This document shows, piece after piece, positions 1 through 10,085 of a stretch of DNA of 32,000 nucleotides (position 1 is its first letter; each line of letters opens with the position of its first letter). The position numbers and the translations under genes are program-made. This DNA comes from Candidatus Nanosynbacter lyticus (lineage in GTDB: Bacteria; Patescibacteriota; Saccharimonadia; Saccharimonadales; Saccharimonadaceae). Location of the stretch: positions 270,001 through 302,000 of the forward strand of contig NZ_CP007496.1 in assembly GCF_000803625.1 (NCBI RefSeq), in the 5' to 3' direction. The notes under the pieces were generated by a model. That model saw only the letters and a list, made by a program, of their open reading frames with translations. It did no database searches and had not been told where the DNA came from.

Positions 1-758
1 GCGAGGGCGAGGCGGTGGAGCTGCGCGGCCGTAACGGCGCCGGCAAGACGACGCTGATTCGGATGTTGTTGGGGCAGCGGCGAGGTTCGGACTCCAGTCT
101 CTCTGGCAAGTCGATGGTTTCGCGGACGGTGTTGCCGGACGCATTCGACTTGGAGGAGACGGCTGGAAGTCGAACCGCGGCAAGCGCTCCGCAGTCCTCC
201 GCCAGAGCACACTCTTCGCTCAAATCTCCACCGGAGATTTTTCGCAAGCGTTCGGCTGAAACGTCCGCTACTCGCGAACGTTCCACAGTCTCTGGCGTAG
301 AAGGTGTCGCACCTGCCGCTCCCATCCTTTACTCCGGCAACCTCTTCCTTGACCCGCAGGTGCGGGTGGGCGTGTATGAGCAAGAGATTGATGAGCGGTA
401 TTTGGCGGATCCGCTGCAGGCGTCGATTGAGAAGTTGTATCTCAGCCGCGACCTGCCGATTTCTGATACTAAGATTCGCCAACTACTGGCTGACTATTTG
501 TTCACCGAAGCCGATCGGATGACGCCGCTGGCTCGCCTGTCGGGTGGCCAAAAAGCGCGCTTTCAGATTATCGCTATGCTAGCAAATGACCCGCAGCTGC
601 TGATTTTGGATGAGCCGACCAACCATCTTGACCTGCCGAGCATCGAGGAGCTGGAGACGGCGCTGGCGAAATATTCTGGCGCTATCCTGTACGTTAGCCA
701 CGACAATTATTTCCGCCAAGAAATCGGCGGCGAGGTCGTGCAGATTGGCGCAGCATAA
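1..758 (+). CDS. ABC-F family ATPase, C-terminal ABC domain (5' end cut by window edge)
   Basis: Reading frame is open to the window start. Walker A GRNGAGKTT, ABC signature LSGGQKARF, Walker B LLILDEPTNHLD and H-loop YVSHD are present, with no TM segments. About 80 aa of Ser/Ala/Arg-rich sequence sits between Walker A and the Q-loop region. Confidence 0.85.
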   Translation, partial: EGEAVELRGRNGAGKTTLIRMLLGQRRGSDSSLSGKSMVSRTVLPDAFDLEETAGSRTAASAPQSSARAHSSLKSPPEIFRKRSAETSATRERSTVSGVEGVAPAAPILYSGNLFLDPQVRVGVYEQEIDERYLADPLQASIEKLYLSRDLPISDTKIRQLLADYLFTEADRMTPLARLSGGQKARFQIIAMLANDPQLLILDEPTNHLDLPSIEELETALAKYSGAILYVSHDNYFRQEIGGEVVQIGAA

Positions 759-783
759 AAATCCCGCCACTGTTAGGCGGGAT
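756..783 (-). terminator. Intrinsic terminator hairpin between convergent genes
   Basis: 8-bp stem ATCCCGCC/GGCGGGAT (761-768 / 776-783) with a 7-nt loop. On the minus strand it is followed by a T-run (complement of the A-run at 757-761). It lies downstream of the glutaredoxin-like gene and abuts the ABC-F stop codon. Confidence 0.6.
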
Positions 784-806
784 AATTACTCGTTCAAGTG
801 TATATT

Positions 807-1094
807 CTAGTCAGCCAATAAGCCGTTCTTGCGCAGCAAGTCTTGCAGCTTTGGTCGGTCAAAGCCAAGCACTAGTTCCCCGTTAATGTCGGTGACTGGC
901 ACGCCTTGGAAATTGCCACCGTTTTTATTTAGCAATTCTTCCTTAGCGCTAGGATCGGCCTCGATATCCTTAGAAACAAAATCAATACCCAACTTTTTCA
1001 GCCATTCCATTTCCGTGTGGCAAAACGCACACCAGCTGGTGCTATATACAACAACTTTTGTGTCTTGGTGGTTGTTTGTCGTGTCTTCGCTCAT
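807..1094 (-). CDS. Glutaredoxin-like protein (YruB/NrdH-like thioredoxin fold)
   Basis: 95 aa with the redox motif WCAFC followed by the GVPV...G-F pattern typical of small glutaredoxins. A purine-rich GGGGAG lies just upstream of the ATG. Confidence 0.8.
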   Translation of the reverse strand: MSEDTTNNHQDTKVVVYSTSWCAFCHTEMEWLKKLGIDFVSKDIEADPSAKEELLNKNGGNFQGVPVTDINGELVLGFDRPKLQDLLRKNGLLAD

Positions 1095-1145
1095 ATACTC
1101 CCCTGTTTAATAACAATCTCAATTATAGCATATTGGCTACGCTTA

Positions 1146-1367
1146 TTAAGAATTCTTAGAAGTCAGGTGCCAGCCTTTGCACCATTCGCAGCGATATACG
1201 TCAATGGATAAATTTGAGTTGACTAGTTCTTGGGTGTCCGCGGCTTGGCGTGCTTTTACTTCTGTCGAGAAGTGTCGCTTTTTCTGACAATTAGCCAGAC
1301 CAGTAATTGACATCAATGATGTTTTCTGTGATTTTTGACTATTTTTTGGATAATTTCGCCGAGGCAT
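1146..1367 (-). CDS. Hypothetical small basic protein with C-terminal CxxCxGWH motif
   Basis: 73-aa ORF with a Lys/Arg-rich N-terminus and the C-terminal sequence YRCEWCKGWHLTS. A TGT-TATACT box lies 10 nt upstream of the ATG. No family recognised. Confidence 0.4.
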   Translation of the reverse strand: MPRRNYPKNSQKSQKTSLMSITGLANCQKKRHFSTEVKARQAADTQELVNSNLSIDVYRCEWCKGWHLTSKNS

Positions 1368-1368
1368 C

Positions 1369-1398
1369 TTGCAAAATAGTATAACAGATTGATATAGT
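1369..1398 (+). promoter_or_regulatory. Putative promoter of the ATP synthase operon
   Basis: TTGCAA (1369-1374), 18-nt spacer, then TGa-TATAGT (1393-1398). The first operon ATG (1410) lies 11 nt downstream. Confidence 0.45.
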
Positions 1399-1409
1399 GA
1401 TAAGTAATC

Positions 1410-1667
1410 ATGAAGGAAACTGATACTTCTGCTAGTAAAACAGACGACTTTAATGCGGCAACGCTTTTGACTAAGACGATGATTGGTACGACGTGGCGGA
1501 TGTTTTTGCCGACAGTTGGTTTAACTTTGTTGGGATTGTGGCTGGATGATAGAACTGGACTAAGGCCTAAGTTGACGCTTATGGGGATTGTCATTGGCGT
1601 GATTGTTGCGGCTGTTCTGGTGTTTTTGCAAATTGCTAAGATTAAGCGACAGGAGTCGAATAAATGA
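1410..1667 (+). CDS. AtpZ/AtpI-like small membrane protein of the ATP synthase operon
   Basis: 85 aa with two hydrophobic helices and a GLWLDDRTG..P motif as in the AtpZ/ATPase_gene1 family. It is the first gene of the operon and overlaps atpB by ATGA. Confidence 0.7.
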   Translation: MKETDTSASKTDDFNAATLLTKTMIGTTWRMFLPTVGLTLLGLWLDDRTGLRPKLTLMGIVIGVIVAAVLVFLQIAKIKRQESNK

Positions 1668-2500
1668 TTAATTACATAGCAAGTGCTGGTCCGCACATTT
1701 CGGTAAAAGTTGACGAAGTTTTTAATATAGCTGGCGTATCAATAACTAATTCTCATCTGGTTGGGATCTTAGGTTTGGTGGCGCTAGTATGGCTAATGTT
1801 CCGCACGCGAGTAGCAGTTTTAGGGAAAAAGAAGCATAATTTTGCAACCATGTTGGCCCAGTGGACTTTTGATGGACTATATAATACTGTTCATCAGGTT
1901 ATTCCTGACGAGAAGTGGGCGCGTAAAGTAGCGCCGTTATGTATTACCCTGTTCTTCTTTATTGTCGCACAGTACTGGCTGGGACTTTTGCCGATTGTTG
2001 GTCCAATTACCATCGGCGAGCATCACACTCCCCTGTTCCGTGGCGGCGTAGCGGATCTTAATATGACATTTGGATTAGCAATTGTGACAATTGTCGCCGC
2101 ACAAGTTTATGCCTTTAAATACTTAGGTTTTAAGGGGAATATGGGACGATATTTTGTTAATCCACTGCGCGACCCAATTATGGCGTTCGTTGGTATTTTG
2201 GAGTTGGTGGCAGAGTTTTCGCGAATGCTAGGTCTGAGTTTTCGCTTGTTTGGTAACGTTTTGGCTGGCGAAATTCTATTGGCTATCATTGCTTATATGA
2301 CGCAATTTATGTCACCAGCTGCACTGCAGCCTTTCTATTTCTTCGAGTTATTTATCGGCGGCATTCAGGCATACATTTTCTTTATGTTGTCAACGGTGTT
2401 TATTTCCCTGGGGCTGGCTCACCACGATTCACACGAGCCACTTGATGATGTTCACTCCTCTGTTGAAGCTAAGAAATTAGTGACGGCAGAAAGTGATTAA
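1664..2500 (+). CDS. atpB: F0 ATP synthase subunit a
   Basis: Polytopic membrane protein carrying the conserved SFRLFGNVLAGE motif with the essential Arg. It sits in operon position before subunit c. The acidic/His-rich C-terminal tail is extra. Confidence 0.95.
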   Translation: MINYIASAGPHISVKVDEVFNIAGVSITNSHLVGILGLVALVWLMFRTRVAVLGKKKHNFATMLAQWTFDGLYNTVHQVIPDEKWARKVAPLCITLFFFIVAQYWLGLLPIVGPITIGEHHTPLFRGGVADLNMTFGLAIVTIVAAQVYAFKYLGFKGNMGRYFVNPLRDPIMAFVGILELVAEFSRMLGLSFRLFGNVLAGEILLAIIAYMTQFMSPAALQPFYFFELFIGGIQAYIFFMLSTVFISLGLAHHDSHEPLDDVHSSVEAKKLVTAESD

Positions 2501-2535
2501 ATTAGTTAACAATTAATTAAAGGAGAATATTAAAA

Positions 2536-2748
2536 ATGGAAGCATTATCATTTGCACTTACCTACGCAATCCCAGCTGCATTTGCGGCAATCGGCGCTGC
2601 AATCGTTGGCGCAGCTGCTATGAACGCCGCTGGTCGCAACCCAGAAAAAATCAACGACCTACGCACAATGATGATTTTGGGTATCTCTTTCATCGACGCG
2701 ATTGCTATTATTGGTTTCGTCGCAGCAATCGTCGGCAAAGTTATGTAG
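2536..2748 (+). CDS. atpE: F0 ATP synthase subunit c
   Basis: 70-aa hairpin protein with a Gly/Ala-rich helix 1 (AIGAAIVGAAAM), an RNPEK loop and a carboxylate in helix 2 (FIDAIAI). The SD AAAGGAG lies upstream. Confidence 0.95.
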   Translation: MEALSFALTYAIPAAFAAIGAAIVGAAAMNAAGRNPEKINDLRTMMILGISFIDAIAIIGFVAAIVGKVM

Positions 2749-2763
2749 TTTTCGGAGTAAATT

Positions 2764-3306
2764 GTGGAGAGAATATTAACACAATTTGCCAATTCTGGCG
2801 CGTCAGAGAAGGCTGATTTGCTGAGCTCGCTAGGGATTGATTGGACATTGCTAGCACTTCAGACAGTAGCGTTTCTGATTCTGCTTTTCGTGCTGCGTAA
2901 GTTTGTCTATCCGCCAATGATGGAGATGCTTGTTAAGCGCGAGAAAGACCTTAAGGCTGCGGACGCGGCGGCGAAATCAGCCAAAGAAAATGCTGATAGA
3001 GCCGAAGAGATGACTGCCGAGATGGTGCGAAAAGCCCGAGTTGAAGCTAGTAATATCGTAGCATCAGCTCGAGAAGAAGCAGCCGAGGTTGTTGAGGAAG
3101 CGGCTAAAAAAGCCACCGCCAAGTCGGAGGCCTTGATTAAAGAAGCTCATAATACAATTGCCCAGGAAGTTAAAAACGCTAAGAAAGAATTGCATAATTC
3201 AACTCTGGAATTGGTAGCTGAGGCGGCTGGCAAAGTCTTAAACGAGAAGATTAATTCTAAAAAGGATGCAAAGCTAATCTCGACCGCGCTAGAGGAGGCT
3301 GAATAG
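2764..3306 (+). CDS. atpF: F0 ATP synthase subunit b
   Basis: GTG start preceded by GGAG. One N-terminal TM helix is followed by a long Ala/Glu/Lys-rich coiled coil. Operon position fits subunit b. Confidence 0.85.
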   Translation: MERILTQFANSGASEKADLLSSLGIDWTLLALQTVAFLILLFVLRKFVYPPMMEMLVKREKDLKAADAAAKSAKENADRAEEMTAEMVRKARVEASNIVASAREEAAEVVEEAAKKATAKSEALIKEAHNTIAQEVKNAKKELHNSTLELVAEAAGKVLNEKINSKKDAKLISTALEEAE

Positions 3307-3705
3307 ATGCGATTGGTGTCCAGGCGAAAGTTGGCAAAATACGCAGCTGAGCAGATTATGGCTGGCAATGATACGATTATGGAAGAAATTGCTAGTTTGT
3401 TGGTTCATGAAAAACGCCAGCGAGAGATTGAGTTGTTAGTGAGGGATGTCGAAGCAGAATTGGCTGAGCATGGTGAAATCGTGGCGTCAGTTGAAAGCGC
3501 AAGGAAGCTTGATGTTGATACAAAGCGAGAGATAGAAAAATATCTGATGTCTGCAGTGAGCGCCAATAATAATAAGTCGAAGGTGACGCTGAAGGAATCA
3601 ATTGACCCAACGCTAATTGGTGGCTTCAAGCTACGAACGCCAACCGCAACGCTGGACGCGACGATTGCCAAGAAATTAAACGACTTGCGGGCGAAGAAAA
3701 TCTAG
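3307..3705 (+). CDS. atpH: F1 ATP synthase subunit delta (short form, 132 aa)
   Basis: The C-terminal sequence [29 protein letters not shown] matches the OSCP/delta C-terminus. The ATG directly abuts the atpF stop. The protein is about 45-50 aa shorter than typical delta subunits. Confidence 0.75.
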   Translation: MRLVSRRKLAKYAAEQIMAGNDTIMEEIASLLVHEKRQREIELLVRDVEAELAEHGEIVASVESARKLDVDTKREIEKYLMSAVSANNNKSKVTLKESIDPTLIGGFKLRTPTATLDATIAKKLNDLRAKKI

Positions 3706-3713
3706 GAGGAAAA

Positions 3714-5240
3714 ATGAGCAAGATTGATGTGACAGAACTAGCCAAAAGCCTGCGGGAAAAAATCGCGCAGCTGGAGGCGACGGAAGGACTAGAGGACGCT
3801 GGTGTGGTCATCCGCGTCGGTGACGGCGTGGCATGGGTGCACGGCCTCAGTAAAGCTGGCTACAGCGAAGTGCTAGAAATTGAAACTGATGGCGGCACAG
3901 TGGAAGCCTTTGCGCTGAACTTGATGGAAGATGAAATCGGTGCGGTGATCCTCGGCGGCGAAGAAAAAGTCAAGGCTGGCGCCAGCGTTCGCCGCAAGGG
4001 TGCGGTGCTGGACGTGCCGGTTGGCGAGGAACTGCTCGGCCGCGTGGTTGACCCGCTCGGTCGGCCGCTCGATGGCGGACCAGCTATCAAGACGAAGCAG
4101 CGTGGGCTGATTGAACGGCCAGCCATCGGCGTGATGGGCCGCAAATCGGTGCATGAACCATTGATGACCGGTATCATGTCAATTGACGCCATGTTCCCAA
4201 TCGGTCGCGGGCAGCGTGAGTTGATCATCGGTGATCGCCAGACCGGAAAGACCGCTATTGCCATCGACACCATGATCAACCAGGCACGGCAAAAGACCGG
4301 CGTAGTCAACGTTTACGTAGCGATTGGACAGAAATTATCAAAGATTGCCAGGTTGGTTGACCGCCTGAAAGAAGAAGGCGTGATGGAGCAAACCATCGTG
4401 GTGGCGACTAGTCCGTCGGACGCGGCTTCCCTGTTGTACCTGGCGCCATATGCTGGTACGGCCATGGGTGAATATTTCCGCGACAACGGTGGCCACGCGC
4501 TGATGATTTATGACGATTTGACCAAGCACGCCGTGGCTTACCGCCAGATGTCGCTCTTGCTCCGTCGTCCACCGGGACGAGAGGCGTATCCTGGTGATGT
4601 CTTCTACTTGCACTCTCGTCTGCTGGAGCGTTCAGCTAAGTTGTCGGACGAATTGGGCGCCGGTTCACTGACTGCCCTGCCGATCATCGAGACACAGGCT
4701 GGCGATATTTCGGCGTACATCCCGACCAACGTGATTTCCATCACCGACGGCCAGATTTTCCTGGAAACTGACTTGTTCTACCAAGGTATTCGCCCGGCGA
4801 TTTCTGCCGGTCTATCAGTTTCCCGCGTAGGTGGTGCTGCCCAGACCAAGGCGGTTAAATCAGTTGGTGGTAACTTGAAGCTCGGCCTTTCACAGTTCCG
4901 TGAATTGGCATCGTTTGCTCAATTTGGCTCGGACCTGGATGATGCGACCAAGGCACAAATTGACCGTGGTCAACGTTTGACTGAGCTGCTCAAGCAGCCG
5001 CAGTACCAGCCGATGAGTGTCTGGGAACAATTTGTCAGTATCCATGCGGTGACCAGCGGTGCGTTTGACAGTGTGCCAGTCGCCAAGATCAAGGAAGCAC
5101 AGGACACTCTGTTGACACAGCTTTGGAAGAATAACAAAGACGCAATGCGTGAACTAAACAAGGGTGACAAGCCGACTGACGAACAACTGAAGCTGATTGA
5201 TGAGGCAACGCAGGCAGTGGCGAAAGGATTTGAGGAGTAA
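3714..5240 (+). CDS. atpA: F1 ATP synthase subunit alpha
   Basis: Walker A GDRQTGKT plus [20 protein letters not shown] and other alpha-subunit signature stretches. The SD AGGAGG lies upstream. Confidence 0.98.
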   Translation: MSKIDVTELAKSLREKIAQLEATEGLEDAGVVIRVGDGVAWVHGLSKAGYSEVLEIETDGGTVEAFALNLMEDEIGAVILGGEEKVKAGASVRRKGAVLDVPVGEELLGRVVDPLGRPLDGGPAIKTKQRGLIERPAIGVMGRKSVHEPLMTGIMSIDAMFPIGRGQRELIIGDRQTGKTAIAIDTMINQARQKTGVVNVYVAIGQKLSKIARLVDRLKEEGVMEQTIVVATSPSDAASLLYLAPYAGTAMGEYFRDNGGHALMIYDDLTKHAVAYRQMSLLLRRPPGREAYPGDVFYLHSRLLERSAKLSDELGAGSLTALPIIETQAGDISAYIPTNVISITDGQIFLETDLFYQGIRPAISAGLSVSRVGGAAQTKAVKSVGGNLKLGLSQFRELASFAQFGSDLDDATKAQIDRGQRLTELLKQPQYQPMSVWEQFVSIHAVTSGAFDSVPVAKIKEAQDTLLTQLWKNNKDAMRELNKGDKPTDEQLKLIDEATQAVAKGFEE

Positions 5241-5243
5241 TTC

Positions 5244-7591
<2,348 letters not shown>

Positions 7592-7593
7592 CC

Positions 7594-8019
7594 ATGAAAT
7601 TGTCATTGGTTACACTTGTTGGCACGAAGGTTGACGAAGAGGTTTATTCGCTGTCAATTCCAACCATTGACGGCGAAATATCCGTCTTCCCTAGTCATGA
7701 GCCGCTAGTGACGATTGCGCGGGACGGCGTCATTACTGTGCGCCGCCATAAAGAAGATCTGGATAGCCAATTAGAGTATTTCGCGATCTCCGGCGGCGTG
7801 GTGAAAATTGATTATTCATCGGTGCAAATCCTAGTGGACGAGGCTGACCATGGCGACGATATCATCGAGGCGGAAACGCAGGCGGCACTAGAGCGCGCCA
7901 TCAAAGCCCGCGACGAAGCCGGCGACCAAGTCGAGCGCGAGAAAGCCAAACAGATCATCGACCGGCACATGGTAAGGTTGAAGGTGGCGGATCTTCATCG
8001 GCGCAAGCGACGGCGCTAG
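7594..8019 (+). CDS. atpC: F1 ATP synthase subunit epsilon
   Basis: The N-terminal beta-sandwich pattern (V.LP...GE..V...H.P) and operon position fit epsilon. The C-terminus ends in RRKRRR. Confidence 0.9.
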   Translation: MKLSLVTLVGTKVDEEVYSLSIPTIDGEISVFPSHEPLVTIARDGVITVRRHKEDLDSQLEYFAISGGVVKIDYSSVQILVDEADHGDDIIEAETQAALERAIKARDEAGDQVEREKAKQIIDRHMVRLKVADLHRRKRRR

Positions 8020-8035
8020 GATTGAAAGTACAATA

Positions 8036-8070
8036 ATAAGACCTCCCGCCATCATGAGGTCTTATTTTGT
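8036..8070 (+). terminator. Intrinsic terminator of the atp operon
   Basis: 10-bp stem ATAAGACCTC/GAGGTCTTAT with a 10-nt loop, running into TTTTGT. Confidence 0.75.
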
Positions 8071-8107
8071 AATTATGATTGCAATCTCTTGATATGGCGT
8101 CTACGAT

Positions 8108-8878
8108 CTAGTAATCGGATAGAAATGATTTTATAGAACCCATTCCTTTCCTGTATAGCAAGGATCCTTCTTGTTCTGAGACAATTTCACAAAGAGGCCG
8201 TACGAAGAATTCTCTAAATTGGTAGCCCGTAATCCCTTGTCTTACGAGGTCTCTATAATAAATCTCCATAGTTCTGTAAACCACGTCACCTTCATCCAGA
8301 CTTCGAACTGATCTTTGGTCATCTATTACTAGTGTGTCTTTGTGGCTACGTATATGTTTAGGGTCAAATGTTGCACATATTAATCCGTAAGCGCCCAGAA
8401 TTTTGGTTATTTCTAGCAATCCGCTAAGACATTCTTTTGCTTTTTCGTCGTCTGCTTTTCTGCCACGTGTAATATCAAATTTATCATAATAACTAGCACT
8501 ATCGGGTGCGGGACTCCAAACAACAATACTAGAACCCAGTACTCCTAGTGCTTTAATGACGCGCACTCGAGATTGTTCTGAATTAAGTTTTGTTACCTCT
8601 TGTGATCTCTCTCTTATCTTGTCTAGTTCATAAGGGTTAAGGTAAGGATCAGAAGAGAAGTCGACTGCTAACTGGTCACCGTTTGGCAATATTAGGATTC
8701 CAGGTGTTTTTGACTCGTCGTCTTTTATCGTTTGTGTGTCATTGCTGATTACTATTCTTGATTCTGGAGTTAATTCTTCAGGTGTTTTATGAAATAAAGT
8801 TATAGTATTATCCGTAGGAAGTTCTTCATAGTCGTTGCTCTCTGGCAGGTATATCGCTTCAGTAGGTAAATCTAACAT
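8108..8878 (-). CDS. Hypothetical protein (256 aa, acidic disordered N-terminus)
   Basis: Long ORF in a visibly AT-rich segment between the atp terminator and dus. TGG-TATAAA lies 7 nt upstream of the ATG, with no SD. No recognisable domain. Confidence 0.6.
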   Translation of the reverse strand: MLDLPTEAIYLPESNDYEELPTDNTITLFHKTPEELTPESRIVISNDTQTIKDDESKTPGILILPNGDQLAVDFSSDPYLNPYELDKIRERSQEVTKLNSEQSRVRVIKALGVLGSSIVVWSPAPDSASYYDKFDITRGRKADDEKAKECLSGLLEITKILGAYGLICATFDPKHIRSHKDTLVIDDQRSVRSLDEGDVVYRTMEIYYRDLVRQGITGYQFREFFVRPLCEIVSEQEGSLLYRKGMGSIKSFLSDY

Positions 8879-8900
8879 GTATCATTTTATACCATAGTAA

Positions 8901-10031
8901 CTATATATCTTCAAGTATCTGGCGAACTTCGTCTGTATTTGTGGTATGCATCAACTGTTCACGCAGTTCTTTGGCGCCGTCAAAGTCGCGGATGTAGATT
9001 TTGAAGAAGCGTTTGAGGGTTTCATAGGGGCGGCTGAGGGTTGGTTGGTAGCGGTCAAAGAGGTCGAGGTGGTAGTGTAGTAAGGCGATTAGTTCAGATT
9101 TGTGATGAATAGTTGAACCATCCTCTGCCTCGGAGTACTCTTTACGGGTGGCTTCGCCAGCCCGTGGCGTTCGGCTGACGGGGCTTGACGTGTCCACCGC
9201 AGCCCCCAATTTAGCGTACGTGTTGCCCATCTCTCGGGTATCGTCATAAAATAATCCGGGACCCGCTAAAGCCAGCCCAGATTTTTTCTGAGATACCGCT
9301 CGAGATGCTCGAAAACAAAACGGATCGCTAAATACTCCCCGCCCGATCATGATGCCGTTGAGGCCTGGGTGGGCTGCAAATAGTTCTTCGCCGTGGGCAC
9401 GGTCGCGGATGTCGCCGTTGATGGTTAGTAGCGTCTGTGGGGCGATTTCATCACGCAGTTTAATGATATCGTCGATGAGCTCGTAATGCGCCGGGACTTT
9501 ACTCATCTCCTTTTTGGTGCGCAGGTGGATGGTCAAATTAACTATGCCTTGCTGCAAAATAGTTGTCAGCCACTCTCGCCATTCGTCAACATACGTATAG
9601 CCTAACCTAGTTTTGACGCTGACTGGTAACCCGGCAGTTTTAGCGGCGGCGATGGCGGCAACTGCTATGTCGGGCTGGCGGATCAGTGCTGCGCCACCTG
9701 ATTTGATGGCGGATTTGGCGGGACATCCCATATTGATATCAATTCCGTTAAAACCAAGTTCCGCGCAGTGCTTCGCGAAAGCTTCCATGTCCCCTGGCTC
9801 ACCACCCCAGATTTGGGCGATCAGCGGATGTTCGTCGTCTGTTTTAATCAACCGTCCAGCGATAGCCTTATCGCCAGCATGCACCCAGCCGGTGGCATTG
9901 GCAAACTCGGTGAAGAACACGTCGGGTGCGCCTGCCTGTTTCACGACATGACGAAACACCACGTCAGTGACGGCTTCCATGGGCGCCAAGATGAAAAATG
10001 GCTGCGGTAAATCATTCCAAAATGATGTCAT
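8901..10031 (-). CDS. tRNA-dihydrouridine synthase (Dus family)
   Basis: Motifs FILAPMEAVTD and GIDINMGCPAKS (catalytic Cys) indicate a TIM-barrel Dus. I place the start at ATG 10031 because the track start 10067 lies inside the upstream terminator stem, and TGA-TAAAAT lies 7 nt upstream of 10031. The protein contains an extra Ser/Ala/Gly/Thr-rich insertion of about 55 aa. Confidence 0.9.
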   Translation of the reverse strand: MTSFWNDLPQPFFILAPMEAVTDVVFRHVVKQAGAPDVFFTEFANATGWVHAGDKAIAGRLIKTDDEHPLIAQIWGGEPGDMEAFAKHCAELGFNGIDINMGCPAKSAIKSGGAALIRQPDIAVAAIAAAKTAGLPVSVKTRLGYTYVDEWREWLTTILQQGIVNLTIHLRTKKEMSKVPAHYELIDDIIKLRDEIAPQTLLTINGDIRDRAHGEELFAAHPGLNGIMIGRGVFSDPFCFRASRAVSQKKSGLALAGPGLFYDDTREMGNTYAKLGAAVDTSSPVSRTPRAGEATRKEYSEAEDGSTIHHKSELIALLHYHLDLFDRYQPTLSRPYETLKRFFKIYIRDFDGAKELREQLMHTTNTDEVRQILEDI

Positions 10032-10047
10032 CTCTGTTATTTTATCA

Positions 10048-10085
10048 CAAAAAGGAGAAAACCCCATCTCGTCATTGAGATGGGG
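10048..10085 (-). terminator. Intrinsic terminator ending the upstream RNA locus
   Basis: The minus strand reads CCCCATCTC-AATGAC-GAGATGGGG (9-bp stem, 10085->10062) followed by TTTTCTCCTTTTT. Confidence 0.75.

Noticed and set aside
167-176. A T-loop-like GGTTCGACTT on the minus strand inside the ABC-F gene, considered as a possible second tRNA-like element.
   Set aside because: No flanking T stem or acceptor stem can be formed. It is part of a simple 8-bp inverted repeat inside coding sequence.
95-296. Direct repeat CAGTCTCT(CT)GGC at 95-107 and 286-296 flanking the ABC-F insertion, considered as possible target-site duplication of an in-frame mini-element.
   Set aside because: Only about 8 contiguous identical bases lie 190 nt apart, which is expected by chance. 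There are no terminal inverted repeats at the presumed ends. The Dus insertion shows no sequence similarity to it.
1313-1696. Track ORF 1313..1696 (-, 127 aa) opposite the atp promoter and the AtpZ-like gene.
   Set aside because: It overlaps the AtpZ-like gene antisense and the divergent promoter region. It has no SD and no recognisable features.
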